Assembly (NCBI GenBank): GCA_963593385.1
Contig: CAVAZS010000001.1
Location: 45,020 to 109,019 of the forward strand
From: Lachnospiraceae bacterium
GTDB taxonomy: Bacteria; Bacillota_I; Bacilli_A; Erysipelotrichales; Erysipelotrichaceae
Reading direction: 5' to 3'
DNA: 64,000 nucleotides
Position numbers and translations under genes: made by a program. The notes below the pieces were generated by a model. The model was not told where the DNA came from, made no database searches, and saw only the letters and a program-made list of their open reading frames with translations. Below, one piece after another: positions 50,819-62,005 of the stretch; position 1 is the first letter of the stretch; each line of letters begins with the position of its first letter.

Positions 50819-52544
50819 CTGCTGCTCTTGCGTTCTCCTTTACCATCTTTTCATAGTTTCCTGGATGAATCTTTTCAATCGTTGCAATAGCAATTGTTAA
50901 TGCTTGTGTATATTCACCATTTCTAAAACATAATTCACTTCTAGTTAATTCTGAATCAATATCAGAATATGTTGAACGATAACGATTACCAAATACAATT
51001 GTATTTTCAACCATCATTACAGCACCAACAACATTGTTTACATTGTTATATAGCTTATAGATAAAGTCGATAGCTTCTTTTAATGTAGAATTTAATAATT
51101 GTACATTTAATGGTGTTTCTGCTAATAAACTTTCTAAACGATGAATATATTCATTAGCACGATTCATATCTTCTTCATATTGAGTACTAATTGAAGGTAA
51201 TTTATATTTACGAATACTAACTTGAAGTTGGTTCATGATAACTTGTAATTTAACAAGTTGTTTCTTAGCACGATCCTCATCCCCAGAAGCATTACTCATA
51301 CTTTCTTTAATACTATTAATTGATGTTGTAATTTCATTTAATGAACGTTCAATTTCTTGTAATTCATTTAGTGATTTAGAAGCTGCTGTTTCAGTAGCTT
51401 GAAGGTCATCCCCAATTGCATCTTTCTTTTCTTTAACTGCATTTAATTTATTTTGTGCATCATCAATTTGATCTTTAATTCCTTCTAAACCAAATCTTGT
51501 AGAAAGAGTAGTGTATTGTTTTTGAATATAATCTAAATTTTCAAATGCAGCTGCATATAACTTTTCAATGCCTTGCGCAATAGAAATAAGTTGAGATTGA
51601 CTCTCATCTTCTTTCTTAACGGCATCATCCATTTGTTCTAGTCTTCTCTTATAATCCTCTAAATGTTCTTTAACATCTGTCGCATCACAATTTTTTAAGT
51701 TACCAAGATCCTTTTTAAGACCTTCTGTAATTAATGCAAGATTATTTGTAATTTCTAAATGTTGAAGATAAACGCCACGTTTTCTACAATCCATATAATC
51801 ATGGTGTAAATTCTCAGCCATATTTGGAATGACACCACGAGCTTCTGTTAATAGTTCTGGTAAATCTCGAATTACTGTTCTTAAGTTATCAATATTAGAC
51901 TTAATACTTTCTAATTCACTACTAGCCTTTTCAAAATCAGACGCATACATCCATTCTTCAAAAGCAGAAAACATTTTTTCAATTTCAGAGAAACGATTTT
52001 GAATGCTATTCCATGCATAAGATAATTGACTACTATTATCTTGTGCTTCTTGTTTTAAATCACGGAAGTCATTCTTCAATCCATTTACTTCTTGTCTTTG
52101 TACAGTTTCTTTTTCAAGTAAACCATCCAAGAATTTTTCTAAATCCGCAACTTGTTTTTCTCCAAGAGACATACTTGCCTCTAATTCTTGTAATGAACTT
52201 TTTGCTTTCTTTAATTTTCCTACTAAAATTTCATCTTCAGTATCTGATAAAAGAGTCGAAATCTGTTTTAAATTAGCTTCGGCAGCCGTGAATTGATCCT
52301 TACTTCTAGCTACTTTACTCATAGCTTCTGGATCAACACGACTGATGGCTACTGCTTTATTCATCTTAAAAGATAGAGGAACACTCTTAATTGCGTTATA
52401 TCTTACTTCATATCCTTCTAATTGTTTTTTATATTTACCACTTTTTATTCTTTGGGCGATAAACCATATAATGATTAAAACAACTATAACTGCTATAGCG
52501 ATAATCACTCTAATATCTGACAATATTTTAAATACGTTATCCAT
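50811..52544 (-). CDS. ezrA: Septation ring formation regulator EzrA
   Basis: N-terminal TM, long coiled coil, C-terminal GNRYRS patch; synteny with rpsD/thiI. Confidence 0.9.
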   Translation of the reverse strand: MDNVFKILSDIRVIIAIAVIVVLIIIWFIAQRIKSGKYKKQLEGYEVRYNAIKSVPLSFKMNKAVAISRVDPEAMSKVARSKDQFTAAEANLKQISTLLSDTEDEILVGKLKKAKSSLQELEASMSLGEKQVADLEKFLDGLLEKETVQRQEVNGLKNDFRDLKQEAQDNSSQLSYAWNSIQNRFSEIEKMFSAFEEWMYASDFEKASSELESIKSNIDNLRTVIRDLPELLTEARGVIPNMAENLHHDYMDCRKRGVYLQHLEITNNLALITEGLKKDLGNLKNCDATDVKEHLEDYKRRLEQMDDAVKKEDESQSQLISIAQGIEKLYAAAFENLDYIQKQYTTLSTRFGLEGIKDQIDDAQNKLNAVKEKKDAIGDDLQATETAASKSLNELQEIERSLNEITTSINSIKESMSNASGDEDRAKKQLVKLQVIMNQLQVSIRKYKLPSISTQYEEDMNRANEYIHRLESLLAETPLNVQLLNSTLKEAIDFIYKLYNNVNNVVGAVMMVENTIVFGNRYRSTYSDIDSELTRSELCFRNGEYTQALTIAIATIEKIHPGNYEKMVKENARAAGE

Positions 52545-52612
52545 TGTGCTTCCTACCTTCCATGCCTTATTATTCTATCACATAAATTTATAGTCTCGAA
52601 TACTAGTTTTTA

Positions 52613-52641
52613 TTGACTTTGTAACTTTAGATTGATATTAT
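52613..52641 (+). promoter_or_regulatory. rpsD promoter
   Basis: TTGACT-17-TATTAT with extended TG. Confidence 0.65.
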
Positions 52642-52647
52642 TGTTTA

Positions 52648-52800
52648 GCGTCAAATGATGGCAGCTTATAGAGTTTATGTTTGATAGCGTTGTTAACAGT
52701 AAAACTGCAACCTTAGTACCTTGCTGCAAAAAGTGAAAAGGAATTATAACAACACCCTACATATTGATCTATCTGTTATTGTTTCTCGGCCATTTTATAA
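52648..52800 (+). ncRNA. Putative S4 autoregulatory mRNA leader
   Basis: ~165-nt 5' UTR with GCAGC/GCTGC and ATAACAAC/GTTATTGT complementary segments; Firmicute rpsD leaders are known S4-binding elements. Confidence 0.5.
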
Positions 52801-52814
52801 GGAGGAAACAAAAC

Positions 52815-53417
52815 ATGGCACGTTACACAGGTCCAGTTTGGAAGAAGTCTAGACGTTTAAGCTTCTCTGTATTAGAAACTGGCGAAGAATTAAAGAAGAG
52901 AACTTATGCTCCAGGACAACATGGTCCTACAAAGCGCGTTAAGCTAAGTGGTTATGGACTACAGCTTCGTGAAAAACAAAGAGTTCGTTACATGTATGGT
53001 GTTAGCGAACGTCAATTCTACAATGCATTCTTAAAAGCTGGTCATATGGAAGGTATGACAGGTTACAACTTCTTAGTTGTATTAGAAAGCAGATTAGACA
53101 ACCTAGTTTACCGTATGGGTTTTGCTACAACAAGAAAAGCAGCTCGTCAATTAGTTAACCATGGACACATTGAAGTTAATGGTAAGAAACTTGACATCCC
53201 AAGTGCACAAATTAAACCAGGTTCAGTAATCGCTGTTCGTGAAAATGCATTAAACATGAAGCCAATCGTTGAATCATTAGATTCTAACTATGTAGCTCCT
53301 GCATTTGTTACAGTAGATAAAGAAAACAAAAAAGGAACATTCGATCGTATTCCTGAAAGAAGCGAATTAAATCAGGAAATCAACGAATCTCTAATTGTCG
53401 AATACTACAACAGATAG
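52815..53417 (+). CDS. rpsD: 30S ribosomal protein S4
   Basis: [42 protein letters not shown]. Confidence 0.98.
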   Translation: MARYTGPVWKKSRRLSFSVLETGEELKKRTYAPGQHGPTKRVKLSGYGLQLREKQRVRYMYGVSERQFYNAFLKAGHMEGMTGYNFLVVLESRLDNLVYRMGFATTRKAARQLVNHGHIEVNGKKLDIPSAQIKPGSVIAVRENALNMKPIVESLDSNYVAPAFVTVDKENKKGTFDRIPERSELNQEINESLIVEYYNR

Positions 53418-53436
53418 TCTTCAAGAACAGATTCTT

Positions 53437-53465
53437 AAAGCACAGCTTGCTGTGCTTTTCTTTTT
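53437..53465 (+). terminator. rpsD terminator
   Basis: AAAGCACAGC/GCTGTGCTTT stem followed by a T-run. Confidence 0.75.
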
Positions 53466-53477
53466 GCTTTAGCCATC

Positions 53478-53510
53478 AAAAAAGATGTACCTTTCAAAAG
53501 TACATCTTTT
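53478..53510 (-). terminator. Terminator of the permease gene
   Basis: AAAAGATGTAC...GTACATCTTTT stem. Confidence 0.7.
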
Positions 53511-53532
53511 CATTTATACAATTAACAATAAC

Positions 53533-54798
53533 TTATGCCCAAACTAGCCACAAGAATACATATCCTGATAATACCGCAACAAGTGTAAATGGTATACCAA
53601 TACGCATGAAGTCTTTTGTTTTTACTTCATACCCTTCTTTTCTTAAAATCCCAATTCCTGCAATATTAGCACTTGCACCAACTGGAGTAATATTACCACC
53701 AAGAGTAGCTCCTATTAATAATCCAAAATCAAACAAATAAGGATCAATACCCATCATAGCCGCAATACCTGTAACAACCGGTAACATTGTCGCTACATAA
53801 GGAATATTATCAATAAATGCAGATACTACAACAGATACAAATACAATGAGTGTATACATCACAAAGATATTATTTCCACCTGTTTTCATAAACAAGCTAA
53901 CAATTGCTTCAATTACACCAGCTTCTGTAATTCCTTCAATAACCATAAATAAGCCACATAGTAATAATAATGTTTCATAGTCTACTGACTTTAATACATT
54001 TTTTATAACTTCATTATTCTTTTGTCTAATGCATTCATAAATAATTGCAATAATTGCTAATCCACAACAAATAAAACCATTTGTTAATTCTGGTTTATTT
54101 TCAAATTGAGACGCAACGATTAATAATACAATTACACCAAGTAAAAATACCGTAGGAGCATAATCTGTTACTTTTGCTGTAACTTCTTCATCAACTTTCC
54201 CTTTTTCTTTTCTAAATAAAAATAAGATAACAGGTATTGTAAGTAATGCCCCTAATTCTACCGCAAAACAAATACCAGGCTTACCTAAGAACCAAAAGAA
54301 ATCATTAAAACTCATATTGGCATAAGAACCTAATAAGATACTTGTTGTATCACCTACTAGAGTAGCAGCACCTTGTAAGTTACTTGATACAGCAATAGAA
54401 ATAATAACTGGTACAGGATTTGTTTTAATTTTACGACTCACTTCAATGCCAACAGGAGCGACCATTAGTACTGTCGCAACATTATCTACAAATGCCGAAA
54501 TTACACCAGAAAATAAACTTAATAACACAACTGCCCATTGTATATTAGGAACTATCTTTAATAAGTTTTCAGCCATAAATGAAGGCATATTACTTTCAAT
54601 AAATAGTTCTACAATCATCATTGTTCCAGCAAGCATCATAATGACATTTAAGTTTATTGCCCCTATTGCACTTTTAATTGGTAAAATTCCTAATAATATA
54701 AAAATCAGTGCTGTAATTAAAGCCGTATAACTTCTATACTTTGGTAAAGCTAAAAGTAATACATACATCACTACAAATATACCTAAAGCTAAAAACAT
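53533..54798 (-). CDS. ArsB/NhaD/SLC13-type ion permease
   Basis: SAFVDNVATV and SAFIDNIPYV repeats, GGNITPVGASAN; start MFLALG after GGAGGAG. Confidence 0.85.
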   Translation of the reverse strand: MFLALGIFVVMYVLLLALPKYRSYTALITALIFILLGILPIKSAIGAINLNVIMMLAGTMMIVELFIESNMPSFMAENLLKIVPNIQWAVVLLSLFSGVISAFVDNVATVLMVAPVGIEVSRKIKTNPVPVIISIAVSSNLQGAATLVGDTTSILLGSYANMSFNDFFWFLGKPGICFAVELGALLTIPVILFLFRKEKGKVDEEVTAKVTDYAPTVFLLGVIVLLIVASQFENKPELTNGFICCGLAIIAIIYECIRQKNNEVIKNVLKSVDYETLLLLCGLFMVIEGITEAGVIEAIVSLFMKTGGNNIFVMYTLIVFVSVVVSAFIDNIPYVATMLPVVTGIAAMMGIDPYLFDFGLLIGATLGGNITPVGASANIAGIGILRKEGYEVKTKDFMRIGIPFTLVAVLSGYVFLWLVWA

Positions 54799-54838
54799 TT
54801 TATCTCCTCCCATAAAAATAATGCCTCACTACGAAGCA

Positions 54839-55423
54839 TTATTTTTCTTTATCCTCTTCATATTGCATATGTCTTTTAATAATGACACGAATAATATCTG
54901 CAGCAAGCTCAACATCTTCGTTGCATACTACATACTTATATTCTTTTAAATTGTTCATTTCTTTTGCAGCTTTTGCTAGTCTTTGTTGAACAATTTCTTC
55001 TGGCTCTGTTTTTCTTGAACGAATTCTTCTTTCTAACTCTTCCATACTAGGTGGAATAATAAAAATAGAAAGTGTATCTTTAACTTTCTTCTTTACTTGA
55101 CTACAACCGTCTTGGTCAATTTCAAGTAAAACATTCTTTCCTTCATTTCTTAATCTTTCGACCTCTTTTAAAGGTGTACCATAACAATTTCCAACAAATT
55201 CTGTCCATTCTAATAATTCATCGTTTTCGACAGCTTTTTTGAATTCATCTTTTGTTACGAAATAGTAATTTACACCATCTATTTCCCCTGGTCTTTTATT
55301 TCTTGTTGTCATTGAAATAGAATATCCAATATTTAGTTCTGGATCATGAACTACTTCTTTTAATACAGTTCCTTTACCAACACCAGATGGTCCACTAATA
55401 ACAACTAATAACCCTTTTGCCAT
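54839..55423 (-). CDS. gmk: Guanylate kinase
   Basis: SGPSGVGKGT, TTRNKRPGEIDGVNYYF, YGT. Confidence 0.96.
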   Translation of the reverse strand: MAKGLLVVISGPSGVGKGTVLKEVVHDPELNIGYSISMTTRNKRPGEIDGVNYYFVTKDEFKKAVENDELLEWTEFVGNCYGTPLKEVERLRNEGKNVLLEIDQDGCSQVKKKVKDTLSIFIIPPSMEELERRIRSRKTEPEEIVQQRLAKAAKEMNNLKEYKYVVCNEDVELAADIIRVIIKRHMQYEEDKEK

Positions 55424-55492
55424 TTCTTATCTAACCTCTTTTAAATAGGTTACATTCAAATATGAATTTAGTCAATGTGATATAATAGGGTC

Positions 55493-57142
55493 ATGGCACT
55501 AGATGGAATTTTATTAAACAAGATTATTAAGAATATGACACCTATTTTACCTTGTCGTATTCAAAAGATTTATCAAATATCACAAAATGAAGTATTATTT
55601 CAAATTCATAGTTCAACTATGGGTAAAAATCAACTATTAGTTTCTTGTCATTCGCAATATAACCGTATGTTACTAACGAAAAGAAACTATCCTACACCAA
55701 ATGAACCTGGTAACTTTGTCATGGTATTAAGAAAATATCTTGAAGGAGCGACTATTTTAACTATCGAACAAATGGAATTAGATCGTTGGTGTGATTTTAC
55801 GATTAGAAGACATAACGATATTGGTGATTTAGAAGAGTTACACTTATATGTAGAACTAATGGGTAAATATGCAAATATTATTCTTGTACGTGATGGTATT
55901 ATTATTGATGCTTTAAAGCGTATACCACCTTTTGAAAATAATCGAAGAACAATACAAGTAGGTGCTAAGTTCACCCCTACTCCTTCACAAAACAAGAAAA
56001 ATCCTTTTGTTGATCAAATTATTGATCCTAACATGAATCTTACACAACAATTTGCGGGATTTTCTCCAATGTTATCTAAAGAAATTGAATACCGTATGAG
56101 TAATGGACAATCTTTCTCTAGCATCATGAAGGAAATTGAAGATTCAGAATATTTATATATCGATAGTAGTAAAGAAGAACCTGTATTTCATTGTATAGCG
56201 ATTACTAGTAGCGGTGTAACAACCAAATATCCTTTATTTGAGGGATTTGATATTTTATATTTTCATAAAGAAGAAAAAGAAAGAATTAAAGAAATTTCTG
56301 GTGATATCTTTCATGTCGTTAAGAAAGAATTAAAACATGAAAATCAAAAACTACCCCGCTTATTAAAAGAATATGATGATGCATTAGATTGTGATAAGTG
56401 GAATAAATATGGTGAATTACTTTATGCCTATAATATTCAAGACACAAAAGGAAAAAAAGAAATTCAATTATTAGATTATGAGACAGAAAAAGAAATTACT
56501 GTTCCATTAGACCCAAAATTAGATGGTAAAGGTAATGCTAGAAGATGTTATCAAAAATATACTAAACTAAAAAAGGGTCAAAAATATCTAACAGAACAAA
56601 TTGCGATATGTAAACAAGAAATACAATATTTTGAAGGTCTATTAGAACAAATTGAAATAGCTGACTTTAATACTGCTAATGAAGTAAAAGAAGAATTAAT
56701 TAAAGGTGGCTACATGAAAGATAAACGTCCTCAAAAGAAAAAGAAGAAAGCAAAACAAAATATTATTCACTTCACTACGATAGAAATGAATAATGGTATT
56801 TCAATTTCTTTTGGTAAAAATAACTTACAAAATGATGAACTTACTTGGCATCATGCTAGAAAAGATGAAATTTGGTTACATGCTAAAGATTATCATGGTG
56901 CTCACGTTGTCATCCATGCTTCTAATCCTGATGAAGAAACATTACGCTTAGCAGCAAATATTGCCGCATACTTTTCTAAAGGCAGAAATTCATCAAGTGT
57001 ACCTGTTAATTATTGCTTAGTAAAAGAACTAAAAAAAATACCTAGAGCTAAACCAGGTATGGTACAAATGGGTTCATATAAAACAATTTATATAGATCCT
57101 AATCCTAAAGAATTAAAACAGAACCACATTATGATTGATTAG
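55493..57142 (+). CDS. rqcH: Ribosome quality-control factor RqcH (FbpA/YloA, NFACT family)
   Basis: MALDG start, ELMGKYANIIL, GKNNLQNDELT, WLHAKDYHGAHV. Confidence 0.92.
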   Translation: MALDGILLNKIIKNMTPILPCRIQKIYQISQNEVLFQIHSSTMGKNQLLVSCHSQYNRMLLTKRNYPTPNEPGNFVMVLRKYLEGATILTIEQMELDRWCDFTIRRHNDIGDLEELHLYVELMGKYANIILVRDGIIIDALKRIPPFENNRRTIQVGAKFTPTPSQNKKNPFVDQIIDPNMNLTQQFAGFSPMLSKEIEYRMSNGQSFSSIMKEIEDSEYLYIDSSKEEPVFHCIAITSSGVTTKYPLFEGFDILYFHKEEKERIKEISGDIFHVVKKELKHENQKLPRLLKEYDDALDCDKWNKYGELLYAYNIQDTKGKKEIQLLDYETEKEITVPLDPKLDGKGNARRCYQKYTKLKKGQKYLTEQIAICKQEIQYFEGLLEQIEIADFNTANEVKEELIKGGYMKDKRPQKKKKKAKQNIIHFTTIEMNNGISISFGKNNLQNDELTWHHARKDEIWLHAKDYHGAHVVIHASNPDEETLRLAANIAAYFSKGRNSSSVPVNYCLVKELKKIPRAKPGMVQMGSYKTIYIDPNPKELKQNHIMID

Positions 57143-57869
57143 ATTCGTTGATCTGATCAATCATTTTTAATAATTCTTTTACTTCAGGTGAACGTAAACG
57201 TCTGTATTCTCCTTGCCTTAAATTACCACAAGTTAAATGTCCATAAGCAATACGTTCAAGTCGTGTTACTTCATAAGAAAAATGTTCCATCATTCTTCTT
57301 ACTTCTCTATTTCTTCCTTCAAATATTGTAATTTGTAAGCGACTTTTATTCTTTTTCTCATTTTGTGTAATTAAATATACTTCAGCCGGTAAAGTCATTC
57401 CATCATCAAGCTTTACCCCTCTTTTTAATTGATTAATTTCATATGGTTTGATATAGCCGTCAATTGTCACATCATAAGTCTTAGGTAAATGGCTTTTTGG
57501 ATGCATTAATTTATTTGCAACTTCACCATCATTTGTTAAGATAAGCACGCCTGTTGTATCGTAGTCTAACCGTCCTACAGGAAATATTCTTTCTTTTACA
57601 TCACTAAAATAATCAAGTACTGTATCTCGATCATGTTCATCTTTTGTACTACAAATAGTATGTTTAGGTTTATTCATTAAATAATATACTTTATTCTCTT
57701 TTGTAATAACATTACCATCTACAGCGATTTCATCATTACCAGACACTTTAACACCTAGTTCTTTAACAACTAAGCCATTTACGCTGACTCTACCACTTTG
57801 AATCATTTCTTCTGCTTTTCTTCTAGAAGCTACTCCAGAAGCAGCGATAACTTTTTGTAATCTTTCCAT
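57129..57869 (-). CDS. rluB: 23S rRNA pseudouridine synthase RluB (RsuA family)
   Basis: MERLQKVIA, SRRKAE, GRLDYDTTG, EGRNREVRRM; start moved to 57869. Confidence 0.92.
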   Translation of the reverse strand: MERLQKVIAASGVASRRKAEEMIQSGRVSVNGLVVKELGVKVSGNDEIAVDGNVITKENKVYYLMNKPKHTICSTKDEHDRDTVLDYFSDVKERIFPVGRLDYDTTGVLILTNDGEVANKLMHPKSHLPKTYDVTIDGYIKPYEINQLKRGVKLDDGMTLPAEVYLITQNEKKNKSRLQITIFEGRNREVRRMMEHFSYEVTRLERIAYGHLTCGNLRQGEYRRLRSPEVKELLKMIDQINESNQS

Positions 57870-57879
57870 GTTTCCCTCT

Positions 57880-58161
57880 TTAATGATGATTTTGTGTATT
57901 TCCCCAAAAGGAAGATCCTGCTTTTGAAAAATCATTCATTAACATTACAGGTATCCTTCTAAACTTATCATCTTTTGTCATTAACTTTTTACATGCAGTA
58001 AGCCTTTTTCTTCCATCAATACATTTATATGTATCTTTATCAATGCAATTTACATGAACAGGAATAGCTATACCACGCATCTCTATACTATTTATAAAGG
58101 AAGAAGAAACTTCTTCTTCCTCAAACTCAATTTTATCTATATCAACTATTGTATTTATCAT
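57880..58161 (-). CDS. Small stand-alone ParB/Srx N-terminal-domain protein
   Basis: SIEMRGIAIPVHV...YKCIDGRKRLTAC matches the ParB-N G..P.V...DGxRRxxA pattern; 93 aa, no HTH. Confidence 0.7.
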   Translation of the reverse strand: MINTIVDIDKIEFEEEEVSSSFINSIEMRGIAIPVHVNCIDKDTYKCIDGRKRLTACKKLMTKDDKFRRIPVMLMNDFSKAGSSFWGNTQNHH

Positions 58162-61096
58162 GATTGATTCTTCTTTGATGTTCTTCATCAAGTTCTCTTA
58201 CTTTATCAAGATCTAATACTTCTGTATCAAATATTTCTAAAGCTTGTGTAACATCTACTGGTGGTAAAGGTTCATTCGCCTTCTCTTCATTTTTAACAAT
58301 TCTTTGTTTTGCAACTTTGATATTCTTCTTTTTATGATGGAAATAACGAATCACAATACCTAGCGCTATTAATACAAGTAAGCATACTGTAATTAAAGCA
58401 TATACAGCTTCTAAGTCATATGAACTTGTTTCTGATGTAACAGATTCCACAGGATCATCACCAATATAAGTATTAGATGTATTTCTAGAAACAAGCATAT
58501 ATTCACCATCTTTACTACCCATAAAGGTAATTGTATTAGATGTTTGTCTTGTATAGCATTTTTCTACATCTCCATTTTCACTATTATAGTAAAGAACAGT
58601 ATATACTTCAGCTTCGGTTGCATCATCTGGTTTTTTAATACTAAATAATACAGGCCCATCTAAACTAAAGTTAGAGAAATTCTTTCTTAAACTAATTACA
58701 AATGAATCTTTTTCTGTTGAGCCTAGGAAATTAGCCACAACATTCATTGCATCACTTGCTTCAGTAGATACATTTTGTTTAATTCTCACACGATATGTAT
58801 CCGCAATAAATTCAGGTTTAGATAAACTTGAAGCAAGTGGAACAGATACACTTAATCCTGAAATACCTAAGTTATAGTTATTCTTCTCAATAACATAACG
58901 AATAGAATTTCCAATAGCTTTACGCATAATTGAATCAAATGACCGAAGTTGCGTTTGTGTTAAATATGGTAAAACATTCGCATCAATCTTTTGTTTCAAA
59001 CTTAATAAGTAATTCAAATCCCAATCACTTAACTCTTCTGTATCTTGATAGCGTTCAATAACAGAAACAATAGAATCTTTTATTTCTGTTCTTGTCGTAT
59101 CTTTTTCTTCACTAACATGAATCGAATAAGAAGTCTCACATCCTGCATAACTTACCACTACTTCTTGATTACTTTCTTCATCAAAGTTAAAACCATATAC
59201 CATAGAAGTATTTAAATCGACATTTTCAGAAGAACCATCTGCGTAATTCACTTTAATTACGCCACCTTCAAGATTAATACGATCATTTACTTCATATTCT
59301 GTTTGTGGAGTTACTTTCATTTCTATAGAAGATACATCTTTATATTGAGCTGTAAAAGTAGTATTTTCTTCTACATTACTTGTTGAAATATCCCAACCAG
59401 TAAAAATCGCATGATCTTTTGTTGGTATAACAGAACTAGCTTCAGTACCTGATTCCATTGCATATGTAATTGTAGATTCTTCTCCAGGGAAACTTCCTTC
59501 TCCTGCATCAAATGTTACATGAACATAATTTTTTTCTTCACTACTATTACTATCAATAACAACTTGTATATCTTCAGCCTTCACATAACCGATATTGTTT
59601 TCAAAATCATATGTATATGATAAATCTACAGCAGAATCTGCATTCAAAGTAGCTTCAGATTGCACTTTATAATAATCGCCTTCTTCAGTACTGATATATC
59701 CTAAGATTACAAAAGCCATATCTGGATTTTGACCACTATCATATAAGACTTTAGAATCTGTTTCAGGATATTGATATACATAAATTGTTTGTGTAGATGT
59801 TTTAATACCTAATGTATAACTATTTAAATCTTTATATCCTAAAGCTTCATCAAACATACGATAATATGAAGCAGCCTTTTCACCCCAATAAGGATCACTT
59901 GCATAAGATACATTCATACCACTTGATTTATTTCCAAAGAAGCTACCGTGATATTGAGATTTTAATGGACTAGCATAACTACCAGAAATATAGTATTTTG
60001 CATGTGAATAAATAGAATGTGCTACATTTAAATATCTTGAAGCATTGGCTTCTACATCTGAATCATATGCAGCATGTCCAAATAAGTTATTTCTCGTAAA
60101 GCTTAAAGAACTATGACCGAAATATGTTTCATTTGCACTTAGTGATAGCATCATTAAAGCATTTGCACCATATGTATATTGATACATCCAGAACGCATCA
60201 CTTGATTTATACAATTGAGAACGTGTCATTGTATCATCATTAGAATCTAAGTCACGATCACTATATACATCGATATAGTCTTTGATACCCATTGTATTTT
60301 CAATGTAGTCTTCTACTTCACTCGCTGTAGCATTCGTAATTGTTCTATGAGATACAAATTGATAATAGTTATAATATGGATCATTAGGATTAACTGCCTG
60401 TTCTCTAACACCACTACTATAATCATCTAGCATTTCATTAATATTACCTGCTTCATAAAAATAGTGTCCATCATAGCTATAATATGTAACATCACTTGAT
60501 AAATAGTCTGGAGCAGTTCCAAGATTGATCATGCTTGCATAGTTATCATCATCCATTTGTGTCTTAATCAAGTGATATAAATTACCTTCATTCACCATAT
60601 AAGCAGTTAATGTAGAAGAAATACTTTCTACAGGGACAATCTCTACATCATGTATAGATACCCATCCTTCTACACCAGAAAGCATGAATTTTACTTTTGT
60701 TCCTGAACTTTCCGTACTAATATATGCACCATCTTTACCATAGCATCCATTAGTATATCCACTAACACCATCAATTGCATTTGTGTAATTTATATTTACA
60801 GAACATGCATCATCCACAAGAAATAAAACAATACCATGTTCACATTCATATACAATACCGTCTTTAACAACACCTAAATTAAGATAATTTTCTTTATTAC
60901 TTTGAAATATACTATCGGCATATAAATAGCCTTCATAAGCACCAATCTCTTCACCACTAGCAAAATCTACTACATGATATAGCCCATCTTCAGCAACTTC
61001 ACTTGCATTCATTGCATAAATATCATTTGTAGTAGGTAAAAAAACTAGTGATATAGCCATTAAGGCAACTATTAATTTGTTTACTATTTTAATCAT
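58142..61096 (-). CDS. Membrane-anchored GH73 glucosaminidase (peptidoglycan hydrolase) with B-repeat and Ig-like domains
   Basis: Signal peptide; ANET catalytic Glu, NNLFG, YASDPYW; VTFDAGEG...FTGW; Ig-like PQTEY...VSYAG; C-terminal TM with basic stop-transfer and cytoplasmic tail. Confidence 0.82.
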   Translation of the reverse strand: MIKIVNKLIVALMAISLVFLPTTNDIYAMNASEVAEDGLYHVVDFASGEEIGAYEGYLYADSIFQSNKENYLNLGVVKDGIVYECEHGIVLFLVDDACSVNINYTNAIDGVSGYTNGCYGKDGAYISTESSGTKVKFMLSGVEGWVSIHDVEIVPVESISSTLTAYMVNEGNLYHLIKTQMDDDNYASMINLGTAPDYLSSDVTYYSYDGHYFYEAGNINEMLDDYSSGVREQAVNPNDPYYNYYQFVSHRTITNATASEVEDYIENTMGIKDYIDVYSDRDLDSNDDTMTRSQLYKSSDAFWMYQYTYGANALMMLSLSANETYFGHSSLSFTRNNLFGHAAYDSDVEANASRYLNVAHSIYSHAKYYISGSYASPLKSQYHGSFFGNKSSGMNVSYASDPYWGEKAASYYRMFDEALGYKDLNSYTLGIKTSTQTIYVYQYPETDSKVLYDSGQNPDMAFVILGYISTEEGDYYKVQSEATLNADSAVDLSYTYDFENNIGYVKAEDIQVVIDSNSSEEKNYVHVTFDAGEGSFPGEESTITYAMESGTEASSVIPTKDHAIFTGWDISTSNVEENTTFTAQYKDVSSIEMKVTPQTEYEVNDRINLEGGVIKVNYADGSSENVDLNTSMVYGFNFDEESNQEVVVSYAGCETSYSIHVSEEKDTTRTEIKDSIVSVIERYQDTEELSDWDLNYLLSLKQKIDANVLPYLTQTQLRSFDSIMRKAIGNSIRYVIEKNNYNLGISGLSVSVPLASSLSKPEFIADTYRVRIKQNVSTEASDAMNVVANFLGSTEKDSFVISLRKNFSNFSLDGPVLFSIKKPDDATEAEVYTVLYYNSENGDVEKCYTRQTSNTITFMGSKDGEYMLVSRNTSNTYIGDDPVESVTSETSSYDLEAVYALITVCLLVLIALGIVIRYFHHKKKNIKVAKQRIVKNEEKANEPLPPVDVTQALEIFDTEVLDLDKVRELDEEHQRRINHDKYNS

Positions 61097-61166
61097 ACTT
61101 GCGCATTATAACATCTTAGGTCAAAAAAATAAAATTGAATGTATAAGAATTCAGGTTATTTTCAGA

Positions 61167-61991
61167 TTATTTATAAATAATTGTAGCAAAATGCATAATC
61201 GTATATTTCTTCATAAAAGCTTCTGCATTCATAATAACTTTCTTACCATATACAGCATTAATAAACTCAAATTCATTTTCATTTACTTTACGATACATTG
61301 TAAAATGTGCTCCACGTTTATGATAATAAAGTAATATACCTTCACTACTAGCATTCATTTTTTTCACTAACATTTTTTCAGGTAATGAAGCAAACTTTAC
61401 ATCTAACTTCTTTTTTAGATACGCATATAAACTAAATACAGATTCTCCAAAAGCAGAAAAGAATAAATCGTCTTTACTTAAGTTAGAAGTCACATCATAT
61501 ATTTCAGGATTAAAATGATTCACTTGTAAAAGATTATACGCCGCAATCCAACCGCAACCTTTATCTTTTGAATTAAATAGTCCAAATGGAATAACATCTG
61601 TATTATCTTGTTTAATAATCAATCCTTCTTCATTAAATGTATTCTTTTTACATAACAAACGATAAGGATCTGTTATTCTTTGTAAGATCTTTCCTTTTGA
61701 ATAAAAAGCTAGTTTATTAAGTGTATGACGAACTTCTTTTTTATTGCCTTTATAAATTACTTTCTCAAAACGATAGCGATTAATCATAAATTGATAAATA
61801 CGATTAAATAGTTCATATAAATCATTATATTCAAGATAAGTTATTTCAAAATCACAATCGTGTTCATTAATAGTTATATAAAATGAAGCTACTTTTTTAT
61901 CTTCCACAAATACATCATAAAAATGTCTATTTTTCCGATACTCTAAAATATGACTTGGAAACAAATGATTATTTTTAACAAACTTATACAT
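61167..61991 (-). CDS. Hypothetical protein with C-terminal C39-like cysteine peptidase domain
   Basis: GCGWIAAYNLL (Cys), GAHF (His), FIN (Asn); start MYKFVK after GGAGGA. Confidence 0.55.
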   Translation of the reverse strand: MYKFVKNNHLFPSHILEYRKNRHFYDVFVEDKKVASFYITINEHDCDFEITYLEYNDLYELFNRIYQFMINRYRFEKVIYKGNKKEVRHTLNKLAFYSKGKILQRITDPYRLLCKKNTFNEEGLIIKQDNTDVIPFGLFNSKDKGCGWIAAYNLLQVNHFNPEIYDVTSNLSKDDLFFSAFGESVFSLYAYLKKKLDVKFASLPEKMLVKKMNASSEGILLYYHKRGAHFTMYRKVNENEFEFINAVYGKKVIMNAEAFMKKYTIMHFATIIYK

Positions 61992-62005
61992 ATTTTCCTC
62001 CAAAC

